This document shows, one piece after another, positions 23,730 through 36,870 of a stretch of 64,000 bases of DNA. The stretch's first letter is position 1. Each line of letters opens with the position of its first letter. Source of the stretch: Lama glama (lineage: Eukaryota); NCBI GenBank assembly GCA_028534125.1, contig CM052816.1:76572001-76636000 (forward strand). The letters run 5' to 3'. The notes below the pieces were generated by a model. That model searched no databases. It was given only the letters and a program-made list of their open reading frames with translations, and had not been told where the DNA came from. A program made the translations under genes and the position numbers.

Positions 23730-24900
23730 TTAGAACGAGTAGTTTACCACGAGTCAGACATGATGGTAGACTTTTGTGGGGTGGAGAAGACACTTCACCT
23801 GCTCTTTAAGAACCCTTTACTATTGTGTAATATTTATAGTTCAGGACCCTGAAACTAGTGTAAAGATAAGCTAAGGGCAGAAAGAGCAGACAGAGAATGT
23901 GTTTCTGGAGAGACTGGCGTACATGTCAAAGAAGAGATGGTGTCTGAGATGGCTCTTGAAAAATGAATGGCATCAATCATTAGTCAGGGAAAAGAAAACA
24001 GAGGAAAGCATTTCAAGCAGAGATAACAATGGCATGTACAAAGCCAAAAAGATGTAAAGATTATGGTGAATTTAGCACATGTGCCTTTGGGGTGGGGTGC
24101 TGAGAGCGCAATAAAAGCTGAGTCTAACAGCACATTGAGACTAAGCTACAAATAGCTTTATAACGTCTGCTAAGGAGTTCAGAAGTGTTCTGTGTGTGAA
24201 ATGAGGAATATCAAAGGTTTCAAAGCAAAAGAATGATACATGGAATGACATTTTCATAATAAGTCTCTGACATCAGTGCTAGCTAGATAAGACACGAGGG
24301 AGTTAGGAAACCGCTGTGATGACCTGGGGAAGAGCTGGTGAGCGCCTGAACTGAGCGCACAACGTTGGGAAGGAAGAGAAGGAAGCGATAGGGGGAAATC
24401 TTTCAGAGTAGGATGGAACTGAGCATGACTCAGTGATTTTTAAGCTTGGGTGTCTGGGTGCACGAAAGCCCTCCAGCTGAGATAAGGAGCACAGGAAGTG
24501 CTGGCTGGGAAGCAGCAGATAATGGGTGCAGTTTGGGACATGTTCCGTGAGCGGTGAGCCAGGGGACATCGAGGAGGAGCTGCCCAGGAGGTTTCTGGGC
24601 AGGAATTCAGGAGAGACGTCTAGGTTAAAGGTGGGACTAATCCGTGAGTAGATGAAGCTTAAAGCTGGGCGAGCGAACAAGAGAATGTCCAGTTAGAGCA
24701 TGTGGAAAGAAAGCAGGATGCCAAGGACAGAACATTTACAGGGCTGGGCGAGGTGCAAGAGGAGCTATGGGAAAAGGGTGAGAAAAAAATCATTTAGTGA
24801 AGAAATCAGGATGTCCCATGTCTCAAAAGCCTCAGGCCGGGGGAATAGCAAACAAGTCAGAAGTAGTTCCAGTGTTAAATGTGAGGGAAAGTGTGCAGAG
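23730..24900 (-). mobile_element. L2 LINE (long fragment)
   Basis: gaggaaagcatttcaagcagagataacaatggcatgtacaaagcc, aaaggtttcaaagcaaaagaatgatac, gcaggaattcaggagagacgtctaggtt. Confidence 0.8.
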
Positions 24901-26354
24901 TAAAATCCGGAGGAAAAAGATAAAGAAATAAGATACAAGATATCTTATTATATCTTATAAGATATAAGATATGTTGTTAGATAAAGAAGTTGGGAAGTAC
25001 TTGGGTGATGCTGGCTTTAAACAGATCATGTTTTTCTTATGCTTAGATATTTGAAATGAACGTCTTAAAGTAGGTGTTTTAGAGGTATTTTAGCTGTCTC
25101 TTGGCTCAGAAATCTCGGCAAAAGCCGATTTTTCCACAGACCATGAAATATGCTTATACCCTTATATTTTTCTTTAGGATAAACAACTTTTTAGCAAATA
25201 AGCAAAAAGGAAAAGACATTCTTTTTTTTTTCCAAGGGTAAACTATACATGAAAATGGCTGTGACTGAAAGGGTTGGAAGTGATAACAGCAATTTTTCTG
25301 TGTAGGAAAGGAAATAACTTAGATTCAGGAAAAGTAGCTTGCTGACAAGGCAGTCAGTCACATGGCTCCCTGAAGGAAGTTAAGAGATTGGTTTTTTAAG
25401 GTCATAAGTTCCATGAAAAGTGAAGTTGATGTTCACTTGCATAAAGCTTTCTTCGGTTATACTGAGTGGACTATCAAAATAACCAGCAGAAACACAAAAG
25501 GACGGGGTGGTAATGCCTCTCTCCCTTCTCCAAGCTTCTAAATGTCAAGTCAGATTATTTGCTGAAAAAGTAAACATCTTGAAATATGATGAAAAAAATG
25601 CATAAATGAAATTTCTTTATTCAACATTCTAGTCCCATTCTTTGCATGTAAATGCATATTTTTCTGAACAAAACGTCAAAAATAAAACATTTTCAAAATA
25701 TGACATTCTCCTTTTGTGAAGAATCAGATCAATGGCTTAACATATAAATACACAGTATTTTTTCTTATTTTTATAGATGATACATTATCAAATAATACTG
25801 ATTTCTTTATGTTACTGCTACTCAAGGAAGTATCTTAAGATATGTGCAGACTCAAAGAGGGTGAGTGAAAGGAGATAAAATTAATTAAGTGCCTACTGCA
25901 GGCACAGGCTGAGAACTGTGACAATATTAATGATGTAGGCTATGAGTTGTGTCCTGCGCTCAAAGAGCTAGAGTGTCCACAGTGTTTGGAGAGAGCTTCT
26001 AAGCTCCCCAAGCCCCACTCACTGTGTAGCCCATCATAATATGGTTATCAGAGACCTTGGACCTGTTCTCATTCTGAGTCAAGGACAACTTGGATGCCAG
26101 AATAAATGGGGATGAATGAAGTGGAAGGTTGTCTTGGGCACCTCACTGTGGATTGCTTCCTCTTCCTCCAAGTTCCATCTCTTGGCTGTCTTTTGAAAAT
26201 CAAACCTGCTAAACTGTAACAAAAGCATAGGATTCTACCTGGATAACTTATATTTTTCTAGAATTGCATTTTTCCTAGAACCTCAGAGATTTATCTGCTC
26301 CTACATCCTACCCTGTGTGGGAATCCCACCTACACAGGGAGGCACCCAAGGCAA

Positions 26355-26555
26355 ATATCAAGACTTGGGCATCACACAGACTTGAGTTCCAGTACCAGCA
26401 CCGTCACCTATAAGCTGTATACTAAGGCAAGTTGCTTAACCATTTAAAATAAAAGGGGATGATTCAAATTCCTTCTTTGTGGGACTAGTATAAAGACTAA
26501 ACATAGTGCTGTATGCTACACACTTGGTACAGTGCTCGGAGCTTAAATGGTGGTT
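26355..26555 (+). mobile_element. MIR SINE
   Basis: cagacttgagttccagtaccagcaccgtcacctataagctgtatactaaggcaagttgcttaacc. Confidence 0.7.
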
Positions 26556-27119
26556 GGGAAAAAAAACTGACTTGGGTATTTTCAGTTACCTGGAACTCAT
26601 TATTTCAAATAATCGTCTTTCCTATTTTTGAGATGTCAAAACGTTATAATGTCTTTCCTTTGATTAAGACAAAATCAATCTTATTCTTAATTTTGCCCAC
26701 TAATACTAATTCTGTCCTCTGGATCACCACAGAATATATCCAGTTTTCAAGTAGTTCATTCCATTCAATATGAACTGCCCATTATTGGGAAACAAAATGA
26801 ACAAGATGTCATTTCAGGCTGAAATAACCTCCAATAATATATGTAAAGTATTTAGGAGTTCAGAGTTATCCACTGTGCATTCAGTTACTTTACAAACAGA
26901 ATATGGGTGAAGTACAAGGAAAAAAAATAATTATTGGAACACAAAGAAAGAAGTGAAGTCTGTGATTGAAAATAATTTGTGGAAAAGGAGTTGTACTATG
27001 CCCTGAAGGCATAGGCAGTCCTTGAAAATTGTTAACATTAAAAAGACATCCATACATGAAACGATTGGGACCTACCAGGTCAGAGTACTGAATAATGAGA
27101 AGTGGGCCATTTTTTCCAG

Positions 27120-27790
27120 TTGGCGTAGCTCCTGCCCTTCCCCTCTCATCTATTCAAGGACATCACACTGGCGATATGCACATTTTAACTTTCTCCTTAC
27201 TGCTACAGTCTTCTCATGATCATACAAATATGCTGTGATTTCTCCCGGTCTGGAAAACAATTCATCTCAACACTGCTTCCACCTCCAAACAGCTACTTTT
27301 ACGGGGAAAAAAAAAAAAAAAAGGAAAATCCCAGGACAAAAAGTGGTGTGTATATAGTTTCCAATTCTTATTCTGATATTTTCTCCGTGTGCTTTGCCTT
27401 CAAAACACTTCTGCTCTCCGATCTCTTATCACCACATATACCTCCACCACTCTGGCCCAAGCCACTATCATGTCACTCTTGTTCAGTGGCCAGTGGCTTC
27501 TGAGCTGGTCTTTCCGTTTTTGGCCACTAGTTCACCCTACTTTATCCTCAGCATAGCATCTGGATGTGATTCTGTTAAAGCCTACGTCAGGTCATGTCAC
27601 TCCTCTGCTCAAAGCCCAGTGAAGTTTTCCTGTCACATTCAGAGTGGCGTCTTGGGCCCACAGTCCTCTCTCAGGACCCGTGCTCTCTGCCCTCACGGCG
27701 CCCTCTCTGACTCCATCTCCTCCCGCTCTCCTCCTCACTCGCCCTGCTGCAGCCACTCAGACTTCCACACGGTTCCTCGAGCTTGCCAGG
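27120..27790 (+). mobile_element. L2 LINE fragments
   Basis: ccaccactctggcccaagccactatcatgtcac, gtcaggtcatgtcactcctctgctcaaagccc, ctcctcactcgccctgctgcagccac. Accounts for ORF 27394-27903. Confidence 0.8.
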
Positions 27791-28659
27791 AGACTTGCCT
27801 CATCTCAGATGATTATGTGTCATATGCCCGATTATCTACCAGCCAGTTTTCTCTTTTCAGTATGATTTCTATTGCTTGTAATAATTCAGTTGGTCCACAG
27901 TGAAAAATGAGCTTTGTCTGTGATTTGAGAACATTGTTGAGAAACTCCATTAATCAAACACGTTTATTTTTTAGTGTATCCCAAATGACTTACTAGATAA
28001 TTTTTTATCACATAGCCCCTTTTCAGCTTTCATTCTCTTAAATTATCTTTATTATTGTACATGTTTGACAGCTCCATTCTACTTGAAAGCCTCTTCTGCT
28101 TTCTCTTCAGAGGCACTGGTCCCTCTAAATGTCCCCTAACTCCATGAGTGTTCGACAGCCTCTTTTGCTGGCTTTTCCTCCTCAGCTCACAGCATTTTGG
28201 CAGGTCACACATTCTTTGGGAAGATTAACTGAAATAAATGATATTCCAGACCCTAATGTCATCCTGATACTTTAAAGGGGCACTCAAAACATTTAATTTC
28301 CCTCATTATTTCCTATCAAACGAGGCAAGTATACTTGCTTAAAAACCTCTCTGCTCAAATATGTTTGAAATGTGCCCCCATCCCCTAAAGAACAGGTTGT
28401 AAAAGTAATCCAGCTGTGATTTAATACTGAAAAAGCCAGGCTGAGGGAATTAGAGCTGAAGGCTGTAATTCACCTGATTTACTAGCCACCTGATGTTATC
28501 TGGAATGTACAAGAGATCTCTTTAGTGAAATCTTATTACGAGATGGTGGATTATCTTTGTTTGGTTCTGTGGAGGGATGGGAGTCTGTTCTTGACACTCT
28601 TATACTAAGGTCATTGGAACCCTGCTCCAGAACAAGTGTAACAGAATTAAAGGAGCAGA

Positions 28660-28835
28660 TTGGTAGCAATTAAAAGCCTGGGCTCTGAGTATAACTGCCA
28701 AAATTCAAATCCCCTCCCTAGCTACGTAACCTGGGACCAGTTATTTAGCTTCTCTGTCTCAGTGGTGATGGAGTGTGGCTGTGAGGATGCAATACCATAA
28801 TACACGTAAAGGACAGAGCAGATAGTGTTCATTTG
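28660..28835 (+). mobile_element. MIR SINE
   Basis: ggctctgagtataactgccaaaattcaaatccc...tagctacgtaacctgggaccagttatttagcttctctgtctcag. Confidence 0.7.
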
Positions 28836-29794
28836 ACACAGCACTAAAGAGCCACTGAACACGATCGGAGTGAGCACAGTCCTGAGGTTTCTATCCGTCA
28901 GAAGAGACTAGGATGACCTGGTTTAAGAAAAATATCAGAATTACGTTAAACGGTAATTTTGACAATTGAAAGACCTTTAAGAGTTTTTAAGTATTGGTTT
29001 CAAATGCTGTGCTATATATCCTCATTCCTTAGGTTCTGAAGTCAAGGCATGTTTCCGGTTTAGAGCATCATTTAGAGCACTAAACTTAGGTTTTTAGAGC
29101 AAGGCTATTCTACATTAAAAGCCCAAGTGCTATTCTTATTATTTACTCCCACGCTCCTTTATTATTCACACAAGGGAACGACCTTGTCCTTGGACCTATG
29201 TTTCCGTAAAGGGACACCATTACCCACTTCACTGCATTTGTCATGAACGTGCATATGATCCTAAAAAGAAGTATATAACCATGTAGGACTTGCACTTCCA
29301 AAGTTTGTATTTTCAAGCCTGTGAAATCATAGCAAATATCACAAGCAAGGAATAAGGCTACTTATGTGTTTCAAGAATAATTTTAACTGGATGATGTTAA
29401 CCAACTACAATAGTCAGTATGATCCTCTCGCCATGGGCTTAATATAAAATACTTCATTGTCCTCTCTCCAAAACTCCCCTTTCCTGCTAACTACTTAATA
29501 CCGTGCCACTAGATTCCCTTTGGGATACTGAATTCTCAATAAAGTAAAAGAATCACACTTCTCTGAAGTAACTGCATTATATCCCCATTAAAGCCCTGAT
29601 GTTCTTGGAGAAAGCTGGGGCGTGGAATTTCAGCATCCAATAAATAATCCCACTTCCTCACCTCACCAACCATTTTAGGGAGTCAGAAATTAAACTAACT
29701 AAATTTGGAAGATCAATTCTATCCTCTATCTAGTCAAGGAGTCCTTGCCACCACATGAAAATATTCTTATCTTTTCTGTCACCGTAACTTTATT

Positions 29795-30058
29795 ATGAGG
29801 TAGTGAATAAAATAATAGAAATAGAGCCCAATTTTAATCACAGCCCCCCACCCCAGGTGGATCTGGGCTACCTTGAGCAAACTGCTTAATGGTTTCATGC
29901 CTCAGTTTCCTCATCTGAAAATGGATATTATAACAATAGTACATACATCATAGGATCATTGTGAATAAGAAGTGAGGTAATTTATATAAAATGTCACGAA
30001 CAGCATCTTGCATACAATAAGTGCTCGATAAATATAAACTATTATTCATATTGTTATT
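29795..30058 (+). mobile_element. MIR SINE, near full length
   Basis: accttgagcaaactgcttaatggtttcatgcctcagtttcctcatctgaaaatgga...taagtgctcgataaatataaactattatt. Confidence 0.9.
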
Positions 30059-31779
30059 GTCTTCATTTTACTCAATTCCTGAAAATGCAGCAAGCTAAGA
30101 CAAGGTATGATATAGAATGCCAAAATATATGAAATCCTTCAAGCTTGTCATACTTCAAAAGGAGTCCAGGCTACTTAGCTAAAAAAAGCGAAAGTCCCTG
30201 CAAGCTATAGCATATACATTCAAAATCTGAGTAGAGTAAATACCAGAAAACAAAGACAAAAGCAGAAATAAACAAAAACAGAAGCACAGTTTCAAACCAT
30301 ACCTTAAAAAACAAAAAGTAGGATTCTTCACAGGAATGAATTTTGCATTTGCATCCTGGGAATCTTTCAGGGTAGAAGGGTTTTGACTTTCCTGGTAGCA
30401 GTCAGGGCTAAATTACTGCTAGCATGGAGAAGGACCAGCTGAGTACTGGCAGGAAAAATATTCACCTAAATGTTATGCACCTCATTTCCCCCTTCCTCTC
30501 CCAGAAAGAGTTCTATCCCAGGATAGAAAAGTTCAAATTTGGGCAACTGTTCTGAGTTTCTTCCTTTCTATTATAGTGCTGAGTAAATAGAGTCCACAAG
30601 ATTAGGACGGTTCCATCAAGAACTTGTTTTAATCAGAAGGAAGGAAATCGACTACTTCATCTGAGAAGGAGTTGATGCGATTACATGGCTAAAACAGGCA
30701 TCCATTTATTTTAAAAATTGCAACAGTCCCCATCCTCTAGAAGTATCTGACAATACTGCTTACTGCATATCATGTGGATAACTATGGCAACATTTTCCTT
30801 TAGATACAAGAGATTTAAATGGCAGGACTTTAAGGGAAAAACAAATGAAAGCATTCATTAATTATCACCGCAAAGCCATTTAAAAACAGTAATCAAGCTT
30901 ATATGTAAATAGTGGTTAATATAGAATATTTGACTGTAAACTTGAGCACTGTAAAATAATTTATTATAAAGCCTTATCTTAAATTTCAAATAAACATTCA
31001 GACAATATCAAAAATGTACAGGAAATTATAACTGACTGGGAACATATGAGGAATAAAAAGAAACTACTGCCCTGTGGTAACCTGAATGTAAGATGTTCTC
31101 TGTATAGAAATGTCAGTGCCTTTAATGATGAACTGTTTAGGGGGAAGGAAAACAGAAGGGGAAGTGTCTCTTGACTCAATAAGAGAATATGAATGAACAA
31201 AAATGGAGTTTAGGGAATACATACATAAAAAAGAAAATCAAACATTACAACTGAAAAGAGAGAAAAGGTTAGAAAATGAAATAAATCATTTTGTTCAGAT
31301 GATCTGGGAGAGAAAAAGTCTTAGATGATGAAGGATGTATGCTTGGGGGGATGAAAAGAAGGAAGGAGAAAATAGCTTCTGGGAGAAACTAGAAAATATG
31401 TCTGTATAAGAACTGCAGAAATTGGTTCTAAAAACTGAGACAGAGAAAGACAGAAGAGAGAAAAATGCCTTTCATTTTATTGCACAGTATACTCTCTAGA
31501 GCATGTGGCAAAAGCTGTCTTTCTTCATTCCTACTTTCAAAACTAGACTTTCAAATTAGCCTGTCTCTTTCCCTCACTGGAAAATGCCTCGAATCTAAAT
31601 ATGGATGACCCCAGTCATCCAACTGACCTCAGGCCAGGCATTCGGGCACTCTGGAGACGGTTGCTGAAAACTGGGGCAGGCAAGCATCACCAGGAGGATT
31701 CTCTTCCAGGAGAGGAGAGTAAGCACCCAGGTGCAAAGTCTTGAACATATAAATGTAGAAAGTTCATAGTGATATAAAG

Positions 31780-32300
31780 AAGCAAGTGATAAGCAATGAA
31801 AACTCGGTAAGGATCAAGTGTCCTAGGAGTGTTTCCAGAGGTGGAGCTCAGTGTCAGGCTCGGGAAAAAGGGCAAAATCAAGGAGAGCTCAGCGTTCTGG
31901 GAGAGGGGAGACAACATAAACAGATGCTGAAGTGGGACCACTGCAGTGAACTTACAGGACAATGAGTGGGACAATTGCTAAGATGGGTTGAGTTCTGCAA
32001 AGGCTCTTAACCATCAGCCAAAGGAGATGGGATTTTTTTACTTTCATAACATGTGAACTGAGTGGAAGATTATGAACTCAAGATAGGCATTATGAGAGAA
32101 GCCTTTCTGAAAATTTACTTTGGTGATAGAGTGCAGGAGGGTGGAAGGGAGAGGAGAGAAAAGCAAGACCCTATTTCAAGAGTGCACATGTCAGATAATG
32201 GGTTAAAATAAGGTAGTGAGCTACATTGTTGGATTAAGTGTAGAAGTAGTGGATCTAGAGACTAAATAAAGAAAAATGACTTGTTACTGTGGGCGGAAGA
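31780..32300 (-). mobile_element. L2 LINE fragment
   Basis: Purine-rich antisense L2 pattern (aaggctcttaaccatcagccaaaggagatgggatttt, gtggatctagagac). Edges approximate. Confidence 0.6.
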
Positions 32301-32929
32301 GAATAATGAGGCAGCATCATTCTATTTGATGGCTATTTCTTCCCTCCTAATTTAAGTGTTTATTTAAAAGACCTCTTGGCACTTAATCATGGTTGCTGAA
32401 GTATACTTTCTTAAGAATGCTTATGTTGTCTTCCAGACTTAATGGTCCTCTCTCTCATCCCCATCACCAATATTATCAAAAAACTGCTGTGCAACAATTT
32501 CTAGGCGATTTCTCGATTTCTCATAGGAGACGCTTATACAATATAATTCAATGGGAGAAATATCTGCAGCGTACATTTCAGCGAATTATCTCAGATTGCT
32601 AACAAGCAATCAGACCTGCAGAAAACATCTTAATTACGGGAAGAGGCAGCATGAGGATTACTAAGGCCATGGGTGAAAGACCACAGAGAATCTGAAAAAC
32701 ATCATTTTTAAAGCTCTGATTTAAATCAACACAGGTAACAAGCCTTCTGTCCAAATTTGTTCTAAAAAATAAAAGCCTTGAAAAATCAGCTGCACACAGT
32801 TTTCTGTTGACAAAATTAGGGCAACACACTTGAGCTTCATATTCTCCCACCATCCCAGATATAAAGGGAAAAGGGGAAGGGAGACAGAGCACTTGAACAC
32901 CAAGGAATGTAATGGGCCTGTCCACAGCG

Positions 32930-33260
32930 GACACGTTGACCCTCTGACTTGGATTCAGTTCTCAGTGGTATCACCTGGATGTCTGCAGTCATCCCAACAA
33001 ACATGACCTTCCCAAAGAAAACTCACAGCCATGGCCAATCTCCCTGCCGCCCCTAAACGTGGGGCATCTCCAAGGGACTCCTCTCACAGTACAGCCAGTT
33101 ACAGGAGCTAGAATCTTGAGAATTGTCCTTGAAATCATCTTCATCCTAACCTCTCATGTAAATTCAGTGCAGTTCAAATCAGGCCCTCAATTACTATTAA
33201 ACCTACTCTGATATATGCTTTGAGTTCATCCATTCCTCTCCATCTCTACTGTCTAGGGAT
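32930..33260 (+). mobile_element. L2 LINE fragment
   Basis: tcacctggatgtctgcagtcatcccaacaaacatgacc, agctagaatcttgagaattgtccttga, catccattcctctccatctctactg. Confidence 0.65.
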
Positions 33261-33495
33261 TTGTATCCTAGAAATATTGGTAGATGCCCTCAAAGCATTA
33301 GTTCAGTCAACCAATAAGTAAACTGAAATAAACTGTTTTTCCCCACTAATAATTAATTCCATTGAGAAAACAGGCCTAATTACAGAGCGAATCTCAAAGT
33401 GAGTTGGATTTTCTCAGTCTGTCACTTCTGTGGTTCTGCCCTTTGATCCAGACTTGGCTGCACAGAATAAGATTAAGTTTCTCTTCAGACCTGAA

Positions 33496-33611
33496 TTTGT
33501 TTGTTTGTTTGTTTGTTTGTTTGTTTGTTTTTAATGGAGGTACTGGGGATTGAACCCAGGACCCTGTGCATGCTAAGCCTGCACTCTACCTCCGACTATA
33601 CCCACCCCTTT
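33496..33611 (-). mobile_element. Vic-1 SINE with (TTTG)n tail
   Basis: (tttg)n, then taatggaggtactggggattgaacccaggaccctgtgcatgctaagc. Flanking direct repeat gacctgaa at 33488-33495 and 33612-33619. Confidence 0.93.
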
Positions 33612-33879
33612 GACCTGAAGTTGGGACACACCAACTTCCCCCAACAACCTTCAAGTGAGTGACATGGCTTCCAGACGCTTCCTTCCTCTGCTTGTTGTTC
33701 CCTGCATATGCTGTAGTTTTACCATTTTTTTCTCTTGAAATGCATTGTCCCAAATTGTACCTATGACATATACTAAGGTATTATTATCCACATATTTTCA
33801 TGCTGGATATTTTTATTAGCAGTGCCTAATTAAATACCATGGCAGTCAGGCTCTAGTATTAATTTTTATTGAATTTTCA

Positions 33880-34095
33880 GCGTATTCTTAAATGCCAGGA
33901 ATGTGATTAAACCAAGTCATCTACATCTAATACTTATGCATTTGATTTTCTAAACCTAAGTTAGGACTTTCCATTTATCCCTAGTAAATAACAATGAGAT
34001 TTAATTCCAAATTCCACACTCTTGAGATCTTTTCGAGTCCTGGTTCTGTCATTCAGTGCATGAACGGTCTCAGTTATATATCATCCAGCACCTCA
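33880..34095 (-). mobile_element. L3/CR1 LINE remnant
   Basis: tacttatgcatttgattttctaaacctaagttaggactttccatttatccctagtaaat...gagatcttttcgagtcctggttctgtcattca resembles antisense mammalian CR1/L3. Confidence 0.7.
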
Positions 34096-34099
34096 AATT

Positions 34100-34875
34100 G
34101 TTCCTGTGCCCTTATTCTTAAACTCTCTCCCTTATGAGTAATCACTCTCTCCTTGTTCTCTGCCGTCTTTCTAACTGCTCCTTCTCAGCCTCCTCTGGGG
34201 CGTTCTTCTATTTAATTATTCACTCCTTCATTTGATAGGTCATGAAATGTTTACTGAGCATCTCGTCTGTGCCAGGGACTGGGCTAGTGTTCTGAATGGA
34301 ACACAAAGATGGAGAAGACACAGTCTTTGTCTTTAAGCTTACTTCCCAAAAGTTCCTTGGCCTTCACTGACTGCTGTGCAATTTTACCTATAATCATTGC
34401 TAAAAACATATATTCTGCTAAATCCTAAACCAGTGTATCCATCTTTATAATATCTCCTAAGCTTTCAGTGTTAATTTTCAGTGCTTTACTAGGTTAGACC
34501 TAATGATCTCACACAAAAAAAATCTCAAACTCTACATGGCCGAAACTTAACTCATTATCGCTCCCCCTAACCACCTCCAGGACATTTTCTATATTCCTGA
34601 TCTTGACTGATGCTATCAACATTTGCCCAGTCACCTAAACTAGCAAACTAGGAGTCGCCCCAGATTTACTATTATTTGCCTTTCACATAAAATGGGTCAC
34701 CAGGTCCTGTCAATTGAATCTCATAAATATATTAGATACGTCTCTTCCTCTGCATCTAACCCTAACCCTAACCATTTTAGTTATCTTCTATCCGAGGGAT
34801 TATTTTTATATTCTCCTAACCAACTTCCATACTTCTAATTCCATTCTCTCAAATACATCCTCCTCACTACTATCA
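34100..34875. mobile_element. Cluster of L2 fragments in both orientations
   Basis: atgtttactgagcatctcgtctgtgccagggactgggcta (antisense 3' end) plus sense pieces ctcaaactctacatggccgaaacttaactcatta and cccagtcacctaaactagcaaactaggagtc. Confidence 0.7.
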
Positions 34876-34999
34876 GGAAACCAAAGGAATTTAGGAGTTT
34901 TACAAAACGTGTATTCTGTATAGTAGTAAGACTTCAACAAGCAAAAGAATAAAACATGAGGCAAAGCAAAAATAATCTAGGAAAATAAGATGGAGCCAG

Positions 35000-35215
35000 G
35001 GATAATATCTAATGCTTATTCGTTCTTACTGGAACCCTGACCCTGCTGTAAGTGCTGTGCATGTGTTATCTCATTCCATCACAGACACCCTTAGGAAGAT
35101 TGATAAGGAAACTGAAAGGTTAACATGTCCAAGGTCACTTGACTAGTGACCTAGTAGATCTGAACTCAAGTTGTCTGTCTCTAGAGTTCATGCTTTTAAT
35201 CACTCACTATGCTGC
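35000..35215 (-). mobile_element. MIR SINE
   Basis: gataaggaaactgaaaggttaacatgtccaaggtcac...tgaactcaagttgtctgtctctagagttcatgcttttaatcac. Confidence 0.8.
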
Positions 35216-35921
35216 CTTCTCAAAATGAATTAGAAGTACAAAAGTTACGCCGTGAAATTTTATATGCTTGCTACAGGCGACCAACAGATTTAACTCTTAA
35301 CTGTCAAAGAGCCAACACGAAAGAGGAAAGAAAACAGATACAAGATTCACAGTGTCGGGAAGAAGAAACCACCAGTTACCCATGGGAAACTGCAGCGCTT
35401 AAGGCTAAGACCAGTTTAAAAAAAGAGGGGGAGCAAAGTGACATAAGCCCGTCTGGCTGCTCAAAACCATCAAGTGCTTTCGGCAGCGTCTAAGCCTCTG
35501 ATGGTCAGACATCAATGAGAGCTATGGGTTTGCTCCTCCAACAGCCGCACGAGGCCACGCTGGTATACTGTGATGAAAACGAGTCTCAATCTAAATCCTG
35601 ACACTTCTCAGCACTGAGTAGCAGCCGGGAAGAAGAAAATACAGTCACGCAACCTCAGAAACATAGTGAAGCCTCAGCTTCTGCCTCAAGCCCTGAGGCA
35701 AGCACACGCCAGGTGTGGTCATGTTCTAGCAACCGAATCAGCCAGCTTCCAGTCTGACCAAGTTACAAGAGCCTCTGTTGAGTGGCAGGCTATTTCTACC
35801 CTTGTGAGATGGCTTCCCAGTCATGCAAGGGCAAGGGTACCTTTACAACACTCCCAGCAAGTCTACCAATCTTGAACGTCAGTCAGACATCAGGGAAAAT
35901 GTATTTCTATCATCTCTTTGC

Positions 35922-36210
35922 TTGGGGTTCTTAAGCATTTTGTGCCATAGCCCCATTTGGCAGTCGGAGGAAGGGTGGCCTACTTCTCAGGATAATGCTT
36001 TTAAGTACATTTAGGGGAAAAAAACCACATGATATTTCAAAGAAAGCCAATTACATTGGAATACAGTTATTAAAAATTGTGTAATAAACATATGAGCTCC
36101 TCTTTCAAAGCACTGAATAATAAGGCTTAAGTAAACTACTGTAGCTCTTCTTAAGTAATGATGAAGCTAAGTTTTCTTTTGAGATATCTGCAGTAACTGT
36201 AAAGCTACAT
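35922..36210 (+). mobile_element. MER119-like hAT-Charlie DNA transposon, 5' part
   Basis: ggggttcttaagcattttgtgccatagccccatttggcagtc...ttctcaggataatgcttttaa...aaagccaattacattggaatacagttat. Confidence 0.7.
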
Positions 36211-36689
36211 GAACCCTGGTCAGATTGTTGGTGAAGGATGATCTTTAAATGATGCCAGCATTTCACCATATCAGACGATGATATTTAATACTTACATTGG
36301 ACAAATTCCTAACACAGAGATCGGGGGGTGGAAAGTCCATAGACTTGGACAGATGTTTTCCAGGCCAAAAATAAGGACAGCAAGCAACTTTTGTTGTGAC
36401 TTAAATGACAATATTCACATATGAAAAGGATCTAGCAACTGATTGGCATACAAAATCTACAGATAATAGAAAATGTGCGAGCAGAAAGCATTAGCCTGGC
36501 TTACCCAGCACCATCCAGGGTCCACAATCTTGTTTTTAGAAAATGTTTAGTTGTACATGTGCTTTGGACCATGGCTATTTGTACCTATTGTGTACTGACT
36601 TTCAGTTTAACTCTGGAAAAAGTGGTGAGGATGCATGGGAGCTGCCTTTGCTGGTCCCCTCATACTCCAAGGACCTTCCACATTAGAGG

Positions 36690-36870
36690 CACTTAACTGG
36701 GAGCCATGGGCCTCTAGGGTTTCTCTGAACAGTCATCAAGGAGCCTCTGAGCCTCCTGAACATGGGTTTACATGAACATGAACAAAATTTAGTGCAAACA
36801 GATAATCCAGAGTTCTTACCAGATTCTCAAAAGAGATCCTGACCTGCCAAAAGATAAGAAACATTTTTCT
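36690..36870. mobile_element. hAT-Charlie MITE remnant
   Basis: The end accagattctcaaaagagatcctgacctgccaaaagataagaaacatt is typical of short Charlie-derived MITEs. Confidence 0.55.

Noticed and set aside
25090..25115. tcggc-aaaa-gccga-ttttt, shaped like a bacterial intrinsic terminator
   Set aside because: Mammalian context and only a 5-bp stem, so chance.
35474..35490. gtgctttcggcagc resembling the 5' end of U6 snRNA
   Set aside because: Similarity is short and gapped and does not continue into the U6 sequence.
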